NCBI GenBank assembly: GCA_963800245.1
Contig: CAWDAE010000009.1
Span: 57,227 to 121,226, forward strand
DNA: 64,000 bases
Origin: an uncultured Actinomycetota bacterium
GTDB taxonomy: Bacteria; Actinomycetota; Actinomycetes; Propionibacteriales; Nocardioidaceae
Reading direction: 5' to 3'
A program made the translations under genes and the position numbers. Every line of letters starts with the position of its first letter. The first letter of the stretch is position 1. This document shows, one piece after another, positions 18,346 to 26,026 of this stretch. The notes under the pieces are model-generated. The model was not told where the DNA came from. It made no database searches and saw only the letters and a list, made by a program, of their open reading frames with translations.

Positions 18346-20142
18346 TCAGGAGGCGGAGAGCGGCAGCGTCAGGGTGCGTACGCCGTCCGGGGTCACCCGC
18401 ACCGGGACGCCCCAGTCCTGCTGGTGCAGGTAGCACGCGGCGCCCTCACCGGCCGCGACGTCGCACGAGGCGGCGCGGGCGGCCACGTGCAGCACCCCGT
18501 CGCCCACCGACGCGTCGAGCACGAGCATGCGGGTCAGCTCGGTCCCGCGCCCCTCGCCCTGCGCGACCAGCGCGGCCGGGGTGGAGCTGACGAGCAGCTG
18601 CGAGGGTGGTCCGAACCGGTCGTCGACCTTCTGCCCGGGCGGCGGGGTGAAGTCGACGACGAGCTCGACCGGGCCCGCCGCCACCTCGGTGACCGGCCGC
18701 TGCGTCCGGTGCGCGAACCCGTCGACCTGCGCCACGCCCGCGAGCGGGACCCGGGTCAGCCGGTGGGCGTTGGCCTCGACCACGACGAGGGTCTCGCCGT
18801 CGACGAACGCCCCGCTGGGCTCGGCCAGCCCGGTCGCCAGGGTGGTCACGTGCCCGTCGGCGATCCGGCGCACCGCGCCGTTGTAGGTGTCGCAGACCGC
18901 GACCGACCCGTCGGGCAGCACGGTGACCGCCGAGCGGGTGCTGCAGCAGCGCCTGCTCCGCCGGCCCGTCGCGGTGGCCGAAGTCGAAGAGCCCGGTGCC
19001 CACCGCGGTGTGCACGTCGCCGGCCGAGAGCCACCGCACGCTCGAGGTCTCGCTGTCGGCCAGCCACAGCCGATCCCCGTCGGCCGCGAGCCCGGAGGTC
19101 TGGGCGAACCACGCCTGCGCGAGCGGCCCGTCGAGCAGGCCCTCGTTGGTCGTCCCGGCGGCGGCCCCGACGCCGGCCGTTCCTCGGGTCGAGGGTCCAC
19201 AGCTGGTGCACGCCCGCCATCGCGACCCAGACCCGGTCGCGCCACCAGGCCACGTCCCAGGGGCTGCCGAAGCCGGCCCTCCTGGCCGGGGGCGCCCGGG
19301 AAGAGCTGCTCGCCGGTGCCGGCGAGCGTGGTGACCTGGCCGTCGGCGAGCCGGACGCCGCGCAGGGCGTGGTTGACCGTGTCGGCGACGACGACGTCGT
19401 ACCCGACCTCGGCGGCGAGTGCGTCCGGCAGCAGGCACAGGCCGTTGGGCTCGCTGAAGCGCGCCACGTCCGGCGGCGCCGTCGACGAGCCCGCGCTCGC
19501 CCGAGCCGATGCGGCGCACGACGGTGGTCAGGTCGTCGGCGAGCTCGACGAGCTGGTGGTGGCCGGCGTCGGCGACCAGCACGGTGCCACCCGGGAGCGG
19601 GACGGCCTTGGCCGGGAACCGCAGGTCCCCGGGCTCCACGACCGGCGCGACGTACGGCGAGTCCCCGGGCTGGAGCGTCCCGCGCTCGCGGTGCAGCGGC
19701 ACGAGCTCGGCCAGCAGGGCGTCGAGGGCGTGCGCGTGCCCCTCGCCGGCGTACTGCGCGACGACGTAGCCCTCGGGGTCGACCAGCACCAGCGTCGGCC
19801 AGGCACGCGCCGTGTAGGCCTGCCAGGTCACGAGCTCGGGGTCGTCGAGGACCGGGTGGTGCACCTCGTAGCGCTCCACGGCCGCGGCCAGCGCGTCCGG
19901 GTCGGCCTCGTGCACGAACTTCGGCGAGTGGACGCCCACGACGACCAGCTCGTCGGCGTACTTCTGCTCCAGCGGGCCGCAGCTCGTCGAGGACGTGCAG
20001 GCAGTTGACGCAGCAGAAGGCCCAGAAGTCGAGGAGGAGGAAGCGGCCGCGGAAGTCGGCCAGGTCGTAGGCGCGGCCACCGGTGTTGAGCCAGCCTCCG
20101 GCCCCGCAGCTCGGGGGCACGGACGCGGGCACGGGAGCTCAC
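18346..20142 (-). pseudogene. thioredoxin-like / NHL-repeat protein disrupted by about six +1 frameshifts (or assembly errors)
   Basis: Protein-like segments alternate through three frames:
- VRAPELRG
- GWLNTGGRAYDLADFRGRFLLLDFWAFCCVNCLHVLDELRP
- LEQKYADELVVVGVHSPKF...GSGERGLVDGAA
- VARFSEPNGLCLLP...TLAGTGEQ
- FGSPWDVAWWRDRVWVAMAGVHQLWTLDP
- VGAAAGTTNEGLLDG...LLQHPLG
- VTVLPDGSVAVCDTYNG... to the stop

The junctions lie near 20100, 19975, 19470, 19290, 19173 and 18929. Confidence 0.8.
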
Positions 20143-20200
20143 GGCACGAGTCTGCCAACCCCCTGGTGGCCGTGAGGTCGACGGCCGCGAGCCCTGAGGC

Positions 20201-20416
20201 TCAGCCCAGCGCGCTCCACGGCATGGCAGGAAGGAGCCCGAACACGGCCGCGATCGCGTAGGCACCGAGCCCGGCGTAGCTGCAGACGATCACCCGAGCC
20301 GCGACGACGGCGGAGTCCTCGGTGCGCTGGTGCCGGGAGGCCCGAGCCTGGTCGCGCTCGAACACCGAACGGGCACGCAGCACCTCAGCGGCGGTCATCG
20401 AGGCGGGCATCGGCAT
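20201..20416 (-). CDS. small hypothetical protein with C-terminal hydrophobic helix
   Basis: ATG 20416 is preceded by GGAGGGA. 71 aa, ending in VIVCSYAGLGAYAIAAVFGLLPAM. Confidence 0.4.
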   Translation of the reverse strand: MPMPASMTAAEVLRARSVFERDQARASRHQRTEDSAVVAARVIVCSYAGLGAYAIAAVFGLLPAMPWSALG

Positions 20417-20646
20417 GGTGTCTCCCTCCAGAGCGCTTGTCTGCAAGGGGAAACGAGGGTTCGGCCGACCAGGTCACTGGCCGGCAGGTAAAGAAACCAG
20501 GACGCCTCAGGCGCTGGTCCACCCCGCCGGCCGGTGCTTCCGGTGCAGCTTGGTGACGACCAGGCGGTCGGACTCGTCGATCGCCTCGAGCAGCTCGTCG
20601 TCGGGGATCGCGCTGGGCTCGGCCAGGCAGTGCGCGAGGACCTCGC

Positions 20647-21081
20647 TCACGTCCACAGCTCGACGACCTTGCCCAGCGCCTCGACGTAGCCCCGGATCCC
20701 ACGGCCGACGACGTGCGCGTCGGCAACCATCCCGACGTACGACGTGTGGCGGAACTCCTCGCGGGCGTAGATGTCGCTGATGTGCACCTCCACCACCGGG
20801 GCCTTGAGGACCGCCAGCGCGTCCATGATCGCGATGGAGGTGTGGGTGTACGCGCCGAAGTTGCCGACCACCGCGGCCTCCTGCTCGAACGCCTCGTGGA
20901 CCCAGTCGATCAGCGTGCCCTCGTGGTTGGACTGGTGGCACAGCACCTGCAGGCCGAGCCGGTCCCCCTCGTCGTGGCACAGCTGCTCGACGTCGGCGAG
21001 CGTCGCGGTGCCGTAGACGTCGGGGTCGCGGTGCCCGAGCAGGTTGAGGTTCGGGCCGTTGATGACGTAGACGGTACGCAC
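20647..21081 (-). CDS. aroQ: type II 3-dehydroquinate dehydratase
   Basis: VINGPNLNLLGHRDPDVYG, QSNHEGTLIDWVHEA, NFGAYTHTSIAIMDAL, VEVHISDIYAREEFRH. Confidence 0.95.
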   Translation of the reverse strand: MRTVYVINGPNLNLLGHRDPDVYGTATLADVEQLCHDEGDRLGLQVLCHQSNHEGTLIDWVHEAFEQEAAVVGNFGAYTHTSIAIMDALAVLKAPVVEVHISDIYAREEFRHTSYVGMVADAHVVGRGIRGYVEALGKVVELWT

Positions 21082-21114
21082 AGGTCGATCATGCCCCTTC
21101 GGGCGGGCACCGGG

Positions 21115-21315
21115 TCAGGCCGCGGCGGGGATCGGCTCGGAGTGGCCGTCCGGGGTCAGGTAGAAGTGGTCGTCGAAGACCACGACGCCGTTGCACAGCC
21201 GCACCCAGCCCTGCTCGGAGTGGTCGGCGACGACGTGGGCGGTCCAGCAGCGAGCGTCGGTGGCGCAGGGGCAGGAGTGCTGGGTCGGGATCTGGGTGGC
21301 GGTTGAGTGAGACAT
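21115..21315 (-). CDS. DUF5999 family protein
   Basis: ATG 21315 follows GAGGAG. The pattern HSCPC...EQGWVRLCNGVVVFDDHFYLTPDG is characteristic of the actinobacterial DUF5999 family. Confidence 0.6.
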   Translation of the reverse strand: MSHSTATQIPTQHSCPCATDARCWTAHVVADHSEQGWVRLCNGVVVFDDHFYLTPDGHSEPIPAAA

Positions 21316-21366
21316 CGTCGGCTCCTCGGTCTGGCTGGCTGATGTCTGCACTGTGCGCCGGGCCGC

Positions 21367-22278
21367 TTAGGGCTCGCTTAGCGCCGACTTGCGTGTGGCT
21401 TGGGTCCAGGCGGCGTGGGTGAGGAACTCGGTGGTCCCGCCGTCGACCTTGTACGCCGCGTGCGCGTCCCCGCGGGTGGCGCCGCGGTTGACCACGACGA
21501 CGGGGAGGTCGAGCGAGGCGGCGTAGCGGACGAACCGGAAGCCGGACATCACGGTCAGCGACGAGCCCAGGACCAGCAGGGCCCCGGCCCGGTCGAGGAG
21601 GTCGTGGCAGCGGCGGACCCGGTCGACCGGGACGTTCTCGCCGAAGAACACCACGTCGGGCTTGAGGGAGCCCCCGCACCGGTCGCAGACCGGCACCACG
21701 AAGCGATGGGTGTCGTCGACCTCGGCGTCGCCGTCGGGGCGGGCGTGCACCTCGCTGAGGCGCTCGCGGTGGGACTCCAGCCAGCCGGGGTTGGCCGCGG
21801 CCATCTCCCGCTGCAGCACCGCGCGCGAGGTGCGGTCTCCGCAGGACAGGCACACCACGTCGCTGATCCGGCCGTGCAGGGCGACCACACCGGCAGTGCC
21901 GGCCTGCTCGTGGAGGCCGTCGACGTTCTGGGTGATCACCCCGCTGCACCGGCCGCCGGCCTCCAGCCGGGCGAGGGCGTGGTGCCCGGCGTTGGGGAGG
22001 GCGTCGCGCATGAGCGCCCACCCGACGTACGCCCGCGCCCAGTAGCGCTGCTGCGCGGCCGGTCCGGTCACCAGCTCCTGGTAGGTCATCGGCGCGCGGC
22101 CGCCGCGCGCGGTGCTGGCGGGCCCGCGGTAGTCGGGGATGCCGGAGTCGGTGGACATCCCGGCGCCGGTCAGCGCGACGAACCGGCGCTCGCGCAGCAG
22201 CTCGATCGCGGCGTCGGGCTCGTGGCACGCGCCGGTCACCGGCTCGTGGGGAGCCAGGTAGCGCGCGAGACCGGTCAC
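21367..22278 (-). CDS. Sir2-family NAD-dependent protein deacylase
   Basis: GTG 22278 forms a GTGA overlap with the upstream stop. Motifs: GAGMSTDSGIPDYRG, QNVDGLH, Zn ribbon CLSCG...CDRCGG, FFGENV, VLGSSL. Confidence 0.9.
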   Translation of the reverse strand: MTGLARYLAPHEPVTGACHEPDAAIELLRERRFVALTGAGMSTDSGIPDYRGPASTARGGRAPMTYQELVTGPAAQQRYWARAYVGWALMRDALPNAGHHALARLEAGGRCSGVITQNVDGLHEQAGTAGVVALHGRISDVVCLSCGDRTSRAVLQREMAAANPGWLESHRERLSEVHARPDGDAEVDDTHRFVVPVCDRCGGSLKPDVVFFGENVPVDRVRRCHDLLDRAGALLVLGSSLTVMSGFRFVRYAASLDLPVVVVNRGATRGDAHAAYKVDGGTTEFLTHAAWTQATRKSALSEP

Positions 22279-23012
22279 GGGTCCGATCCTCCCCCGGCGC
22301 TCAACCCGGTGGCGGCCTCGACGAGTCGCTGCAGCCGCTGCCGGTGCGCGCCCGGCCAGTAGACCTTGCCGCACGAGGTGCAGCGGTGGAACCGGTCGTA
22401 GGTGCGCCGGGTGCCCGGCTCGAGCCGCTCCTCGACCGCGGCCTTCGCGACGTCCTCGAGGAGCCCGTTGCAGGCCAGGCACCTGGTCCAGGGCCGCAGG
22501 GGAGGAGCGAACCGGGCGAGCACCTCGCGCACCTGCTCGTCGGGCCGGAGCGGTCCGACGTGCGCGCCCCACCGCGCCGCGCGCCGGTGAAGCAGCCCGC
22601 GGTCGCGGGTCAGCAGCACACGCTCCTCGGCCAGCGAGGCGCGCACGAGGTCCTCGTCGTCGGCGTCGCGGCTGTACGCCGTGTCGAGGCCGAGCAGGCG
22701 CATCCGCCGGGCCAGCGCGCCGAGGTGGACGTCGAGCAGGAACCGCGGCGGGTCGGTGGGCGCCGCCTGCGGCCAGGCCCTGGGCAGGACGGTGATCCGG
22801 TCGCCCGGGCGGGGTCGGTAGGCGAGGTCGACCTCGTGCCCCTCGAGGAGCAGCCCTCCGACCTCCGTGCGGGGCACGCCCACGGAGGCGAGCAGGTGGC
22901 CGGTGGTCGACGTGCCGTCCGCCGGCAGCTGCTGCTCCTCTCGGCGACGGGCAGGGGCGAGGAACGGCTGCAGCGGCGGTGGCACGAGCAGGGTCACCGG
23001 GACGCGGTCCAC
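22275..23012 (-). CDS. Mut7-C RNAse domain protein with N-terminal ubiquitin-like (Ub-Mut7C) domain
   Basis: LLASVGVPRTEVGGLLLEGHEVDL..GDRITVLP, then FLLDVHLGALARRMRLLGLDTAY, and a Zn ribbon RCLACNG...RCTSCGKVYWPGAH. Confidence 0.8.
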   Translation of the reverse strand: MDRVPVTLLVPPPLQPFLAPARRREEQQLPADGTSTTGHLLASVGVPRTEVGGLLLEGHEVDLAYRPRPGDRITVLPRAWPQAAPTDPPRFLLDVHLGALARRMRLLGLDTAYSRDADDEDLVRASLAEERVLLTRDRGLLHRRAARWGAHVGPLRPDEQVREVLARFAPPLRPWTRCLACNGLLEDVAKAAVEERLEPGTRRTYDRFHRCTSCGKVYWPGAHRQRLQRLVEAATGLSAGGGSDP

Positions 23013-23016
23013 CCGT

Positions 23017-24450
23017 TCATCGTGCCGCGCCGAACCAGCGGGTGAGCGCTTCCGGCAGGTCGGGCCCGTCGCCGGCGACCCAGGCCACGTGGCCGTCCGG
23101 GCGCAGCAGCGCCGCCTCGACGCCCAGGCCGGGGCACGGGTCCGTGACGTGCTCGACCCGGTCGCCCCAGCCGTCGACGGCGTGCGTGCCGACAGGGTCG
23201 AGGAGCAGCCCGCGCGCCTGGTGGGTCCGGTCGAACAGGGTGCCGCTGCCCAGCTCGAGGTCCGGGAGCCGTCGGCCGACCAGCGGGTGCTCGGACCCGA
23301 GGTCGTAGCGCGTGGCCGTGCGGGTGACCTTCTCGACCAGGTGGCGGTGCACCCCGTCGTACGCCGCGAGCTCGGTGAGCAGCGAGCGCACGGCCCGACC
23401 GTCGGCGCCGCCCCACATCAGCACGCGCAGCACCCGGGTGGTGTCCAGGACGTCGGCGGCCACGGGCCGGCGCTCCGCCTCGTAGGTGTCCAGCAGCTCC
23501 GTGTGGCCGTGCCGCGCGGCGGCGAGCTTCCAGCCGAGGTTGACCGCGTCCTGGAGGCCGAGGTTCTGGCCCTGGCCACCGACCGGCGGGTGGACGTGGG
23601 CGGCGTCCCCGGCGAGCAGCACGCGGGCGACCCGGAAGCGCTCGGCCAGCCGGGTCGCGTCCCCGAAGCGGGTGACGAAGCGAGGGGAGTGCAGGCCGAG
23701 GTCGGACCCGACGCGCTCGCGCAGCAGGGCGCGGACGTCGTCGAGGGTGGGCGGGGCGGCGTCCCTGGCGGCGAGGTCGTCGGTCAGCAGGACGACGCGG
23801 AGGACGCCCTCGGCGTGCGGGGCCGGGCCGAAGCCACCCCGGCCGGCCGGCAGGGCGGCGGCCGCCTGCGCGACCTCCTCGTCCGGGACGCCGGGCTCCG
23901 CCTCGGTCAGCAGCCACTCCGAGCGTGCGGGCTCACCGGGGAAGCCCACCCCCAGCAGGCGTCGCAGCGTGCTGCGCCCGCCGTCGCACGCCACGACGTA
24001 CGCCGCCCGGAGGTGGGAGCCGTCCGCCACCTCGACCTCGACCCCGTCCTCGTCCTGGGCCAGGCCGACCACGTCGACCCCGCGGCGCACCTGCGCCCCG
24101 AGCGTGCCCGCCCACTCCTCGAGCAGCCGGTCGGTGGTGGTCTGGGGGATGCCGAGGACGTGCGCCTGCCGGCTGTCGAGCTCGAGCGGCGTGCCGGCAC
24201 CGATGCCGGCGAAGACCCCGCCCACGGGGTACGTCGTCCCTCGCTCGAGGAAGCGGTCCAGGACGCCCCGCGAGGCGAGCACCTCGAGGCTGCGGGCGTG
24301 CAGCCCGAGCGAGCGGACCTGGGTCGTCGGCTCGCGGTCCCGCTCCAGCACGGTCACCGCGACGTCCTGCAGCCGCAGCTCCGCTGCCAGCATCAGCCCG
24401 GTCGGGCCGCCCCCGACCACCAGCACGTCCGCGTCGTACGTCTCCACCAC
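23017..24450 (-). CDS. FAD-dependent monooxygenase (aromatic-ring hydroxylase-like)
   Basis: DVLVVGGGPTGLMLAAEL and GDAAHVHPPVGGQGQNLGLQDAVNLGWKLA. Confidence 0.85.
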   Translation of the reverse strand: MVETYDADVLVVGGGPTGLMLAAELRLQDVAVTVLERDREPTTQVRSLGLHARSLEVLASRGVLDRFLERGTTYPVGGVFAGIGAGTPLELDSRQAHVLGIPQTTTDRLLEEWAGTLGAQVRRGVDVVGLAQDEDGVEVEVADGSHLRAAYVVACDGGRSTLRRLLGVGFPGEPARSEWLLTEAEPGVPDEEVAQAAAALPAGRGGFGPAPHAEGVLRVVLLTDDLAARDAAPPTLDDVRALLRERVGSDLGLHSPRFVTRFGDATRLAERFRVARVLLAGDAAHVHPPVGGQGQNLGLQDAVNLGWKLAAARHGHTELLDTYEAERRPVAADVLDTTRVLRVLMWGGADGRAVRSLLTELAAYDGVHRHLVEKVTRTATRYDLGSEHPLVGRRLPDLELGSGTLFDRTHQARGLLLDPVGTHAVDGWGDRVEHVTDPCPGLGVEAALLRPDGHVAWVAGDGPDLPEALTRWFGAAR

Positions 24451-24567
24451 GAGCCCCCTCCCCGGCCGCGCGGTGCGGCTCCGGCCGAGGAGTCTGGGCC
24501 CTGACGGGGGCCTTGCCGCAAGCCCCCCGACCGTCTATACGTTGGAGAGGGAAGGGGTCAGCGGTAG

Positions 24568-25056
24568 TCAGCGGTAGTTGGTGAACTGCACCGCGAAGTC
24601 GTAGTCCTGCGCCTTGACCAGCGCGATGACCTCCTGCAGCGCGTCGCGGCTGCCGGCGGAGACCCGCAGCTCGTCGCCCTGCACCTGGACCTTGACCTTC
24701 TTGGGGCCCTCGTCGCGGATCAGCTTGCCGATCTTCTTGGCCTGCTCCTGCGAGATGCCCTCCTTGAGCGCGACGGAGATCTTGGACTCCTTGCCGGACT
24801 GGCGCGGCTCGGAGGCGTCGAGGATCTTCAGCGACTGCTGCCGCTTGATCAGCTTCTCCTTGAACACCTCGAGCACGGCGCTGGCCCGGTCGTCGGCGTT
24901 GGCCGAGATCTCGATGGCCTCGCCGGACCACTTGATCTCGGCCCCGGTGCCCTTGAAGTCGTAGCGCTGGGAGACCTCGCGCGCCGTCTGGGAGAGCGCG
25001 TTGTCGACCTCCTGGCGGTCGATCTTGCTGACGATGTCGAACGACGAGTCGGCCAT
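24568..25056 (-). CDS. yajQ: YajQ family (UPF0234) nucleotide/cyclic-di-GMP-binding protein
   Basis: [36 protein letters not shown]... 162 aa, collinear with YajQ. Confidence 0.9.
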
Positions 25057-25145
25057 GGCGTCGGTCCCTCCCGATTCGGACTGCGGTGAGTGCTGCGCTA
25101 TCCTTCCTTGTCGTTGTACCCGGTCTCAACCTGGGTCCGACACCC

Positions 25146-25226
25146 GGCAGGTTGCCCGAGCGGCCAATGGGAGCGGACTGTAAATCCGTCGCGAAAGCTT
25201 CGAAGGTTCGAATCCTTCACCTGCCA
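25146..25226 (+). tRNA. tRNA-Tyr (anticodon GTA)
   Basis: Acceptor stem GGCAGGT/ACCTGCC. Anticodon stem GCGGA/TCCGT with loop CTGTAAA. Long variable arm. T-arm GAAGG-TTCGAAT-CCTTC. Discriminator A. Confidence 0.9.
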
Positions 25227-25227
25227 C
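25205..25227 (+). repeat. candidate attL core (tRNA-Tyr T-arm/acceptor 3' end)
   Basis: GGTTC (25205-25209) and CACCTGCCAC (25218-25227). Both recur at 46108-46130 with the same 13-nt offset. Confidence 0.55.
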
Positions 25228-25264
25228 CCTTGCAGGGCCTGATGGCCCTGCAAGGCTTGTTTTT
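25228..25264 (+). terminator. rho-independent terminator after tRNA-Tyr
   Basis: CCTTGCAGGGCC-tgat-GGCCCTGCAAGG followed by CTTGTTTTT. Confidence 0.8.
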
Positions 25265-25345
25265 GGGCGACTTGAGCCCCTTCTGGCTTCGGAATCAGTC
25301 GTCTTACGCCGCCTTGAGGCGCGAACCCGTACCGGACCTCGTCAC

Positions 25346-25366
25346 ATTGTGAGGCGGTTTGTGTGG
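25346..25366 (+). repeat. tandem 9-mers ATTGTGAGG / TTTGTGTGG (12-bp period), candidate integrase arm-type sites
   Basis: Copies at 25346-25354 and 25358-25366, ~120 bp inside the attL core. They mirror the pair at 45991-46011. Confidence 0.45.
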
Positions 25367-25579
25367 GACCTGGGGTTGCTGACCCAGTCGAACCCAGGTA
25401 TCCCCAGTCCACGCCTGACGGCTCTGCACGCTCCGCCGAGAGCACCACAGACGTCGCAAAGACCGCGAACCTGGGTCGACCTGGGGGGCTCTCGGGTCCT
25501 GGCTCGCGAACTCCTGACCTCGCGGCGAGCCGGATGTGCACGATTGCGACCCGACCGGGGCTCCGGACGGTCCCCGCGC

Positions 25580-26026
25580 ATGACGACGCCCACCAGCATG
25601 GCCGCTGCCAACTCAGATGCCCACGCCCCGGTCCTGACCGCTGACCTCCTGGTCACCCTCAAGCAGGCCGCCGATCTGTGCAACCTGCACTGGGAGACGG
25701 TGAAGGACAACAGGCTCAAGGGCCGCTACCCGAACGCCGTCCAGGACAAGACGGGGCTCAAGACGTGGCACATCCCTGTCGGCGACCTCGTTGCCGCCGG
25801 CCACCTCGACCCCGCCAGTCTCGCCGAGGTGGCCCCGCGTATCGCGGCGGTGCGTGAGTCGAGGGAGGTGGCCTCGCTCCGAGCAGAGATCGCGGATCTG
25901 CGAGTCGCAGTCGCAGTCGCGGAGGCCCGCGCGGAGGAGCGCCAGGTGCTCGTCGACACCCTGCGGACCGTCTTGGCCGCTTCGGTCCCGGGCCTTGCGG
26001 GTGCCAGCCGCGAGGTGTCGGCATGA
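25580..26026 (+). CDS. excisionase-type helix-turn-helix DNA-binding protein with coiled-coil tail
   Basis: LLVTLKQAADLCNLHWETVKDNRLKG...WHIPVGDLV (HTH_17-like). Its stop overlaps the integrase ATG (ATGA at 26023-26026). Confidence 0.6.
   Translation: MTTPTSMAAANSDAHAPVLTADLLVTLKQAADLCNLHWETVKDNRLKGRYPNAVQDKTGLKTWHIPVGDLVAAGHLDPASLAEVAPRIAAVRESREVASLRAEIADLRVAVAVAEARAEERQVLVDTLRTVLAASVPGLAGASREVSA

Noticed and set aside
16745-20070. Long overlapping ORFs (16745..18436 minus, 16981..20070 plus) over the MFS and NHL genes
   Set aside because: Their Arg/Pro/Gly/His-rich translations have no protein-like features. They lie antisense or out of frame to clearly recognisable genes.
13000-25000. 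Contractile-injection-system or prophage cluster around the sheath gene
   Set aside because: All frames on both sides were read. No tube, baseplate, spike, tape-measure, portal or terminase-like sequences were seen, so only the solitary sheath is reported.
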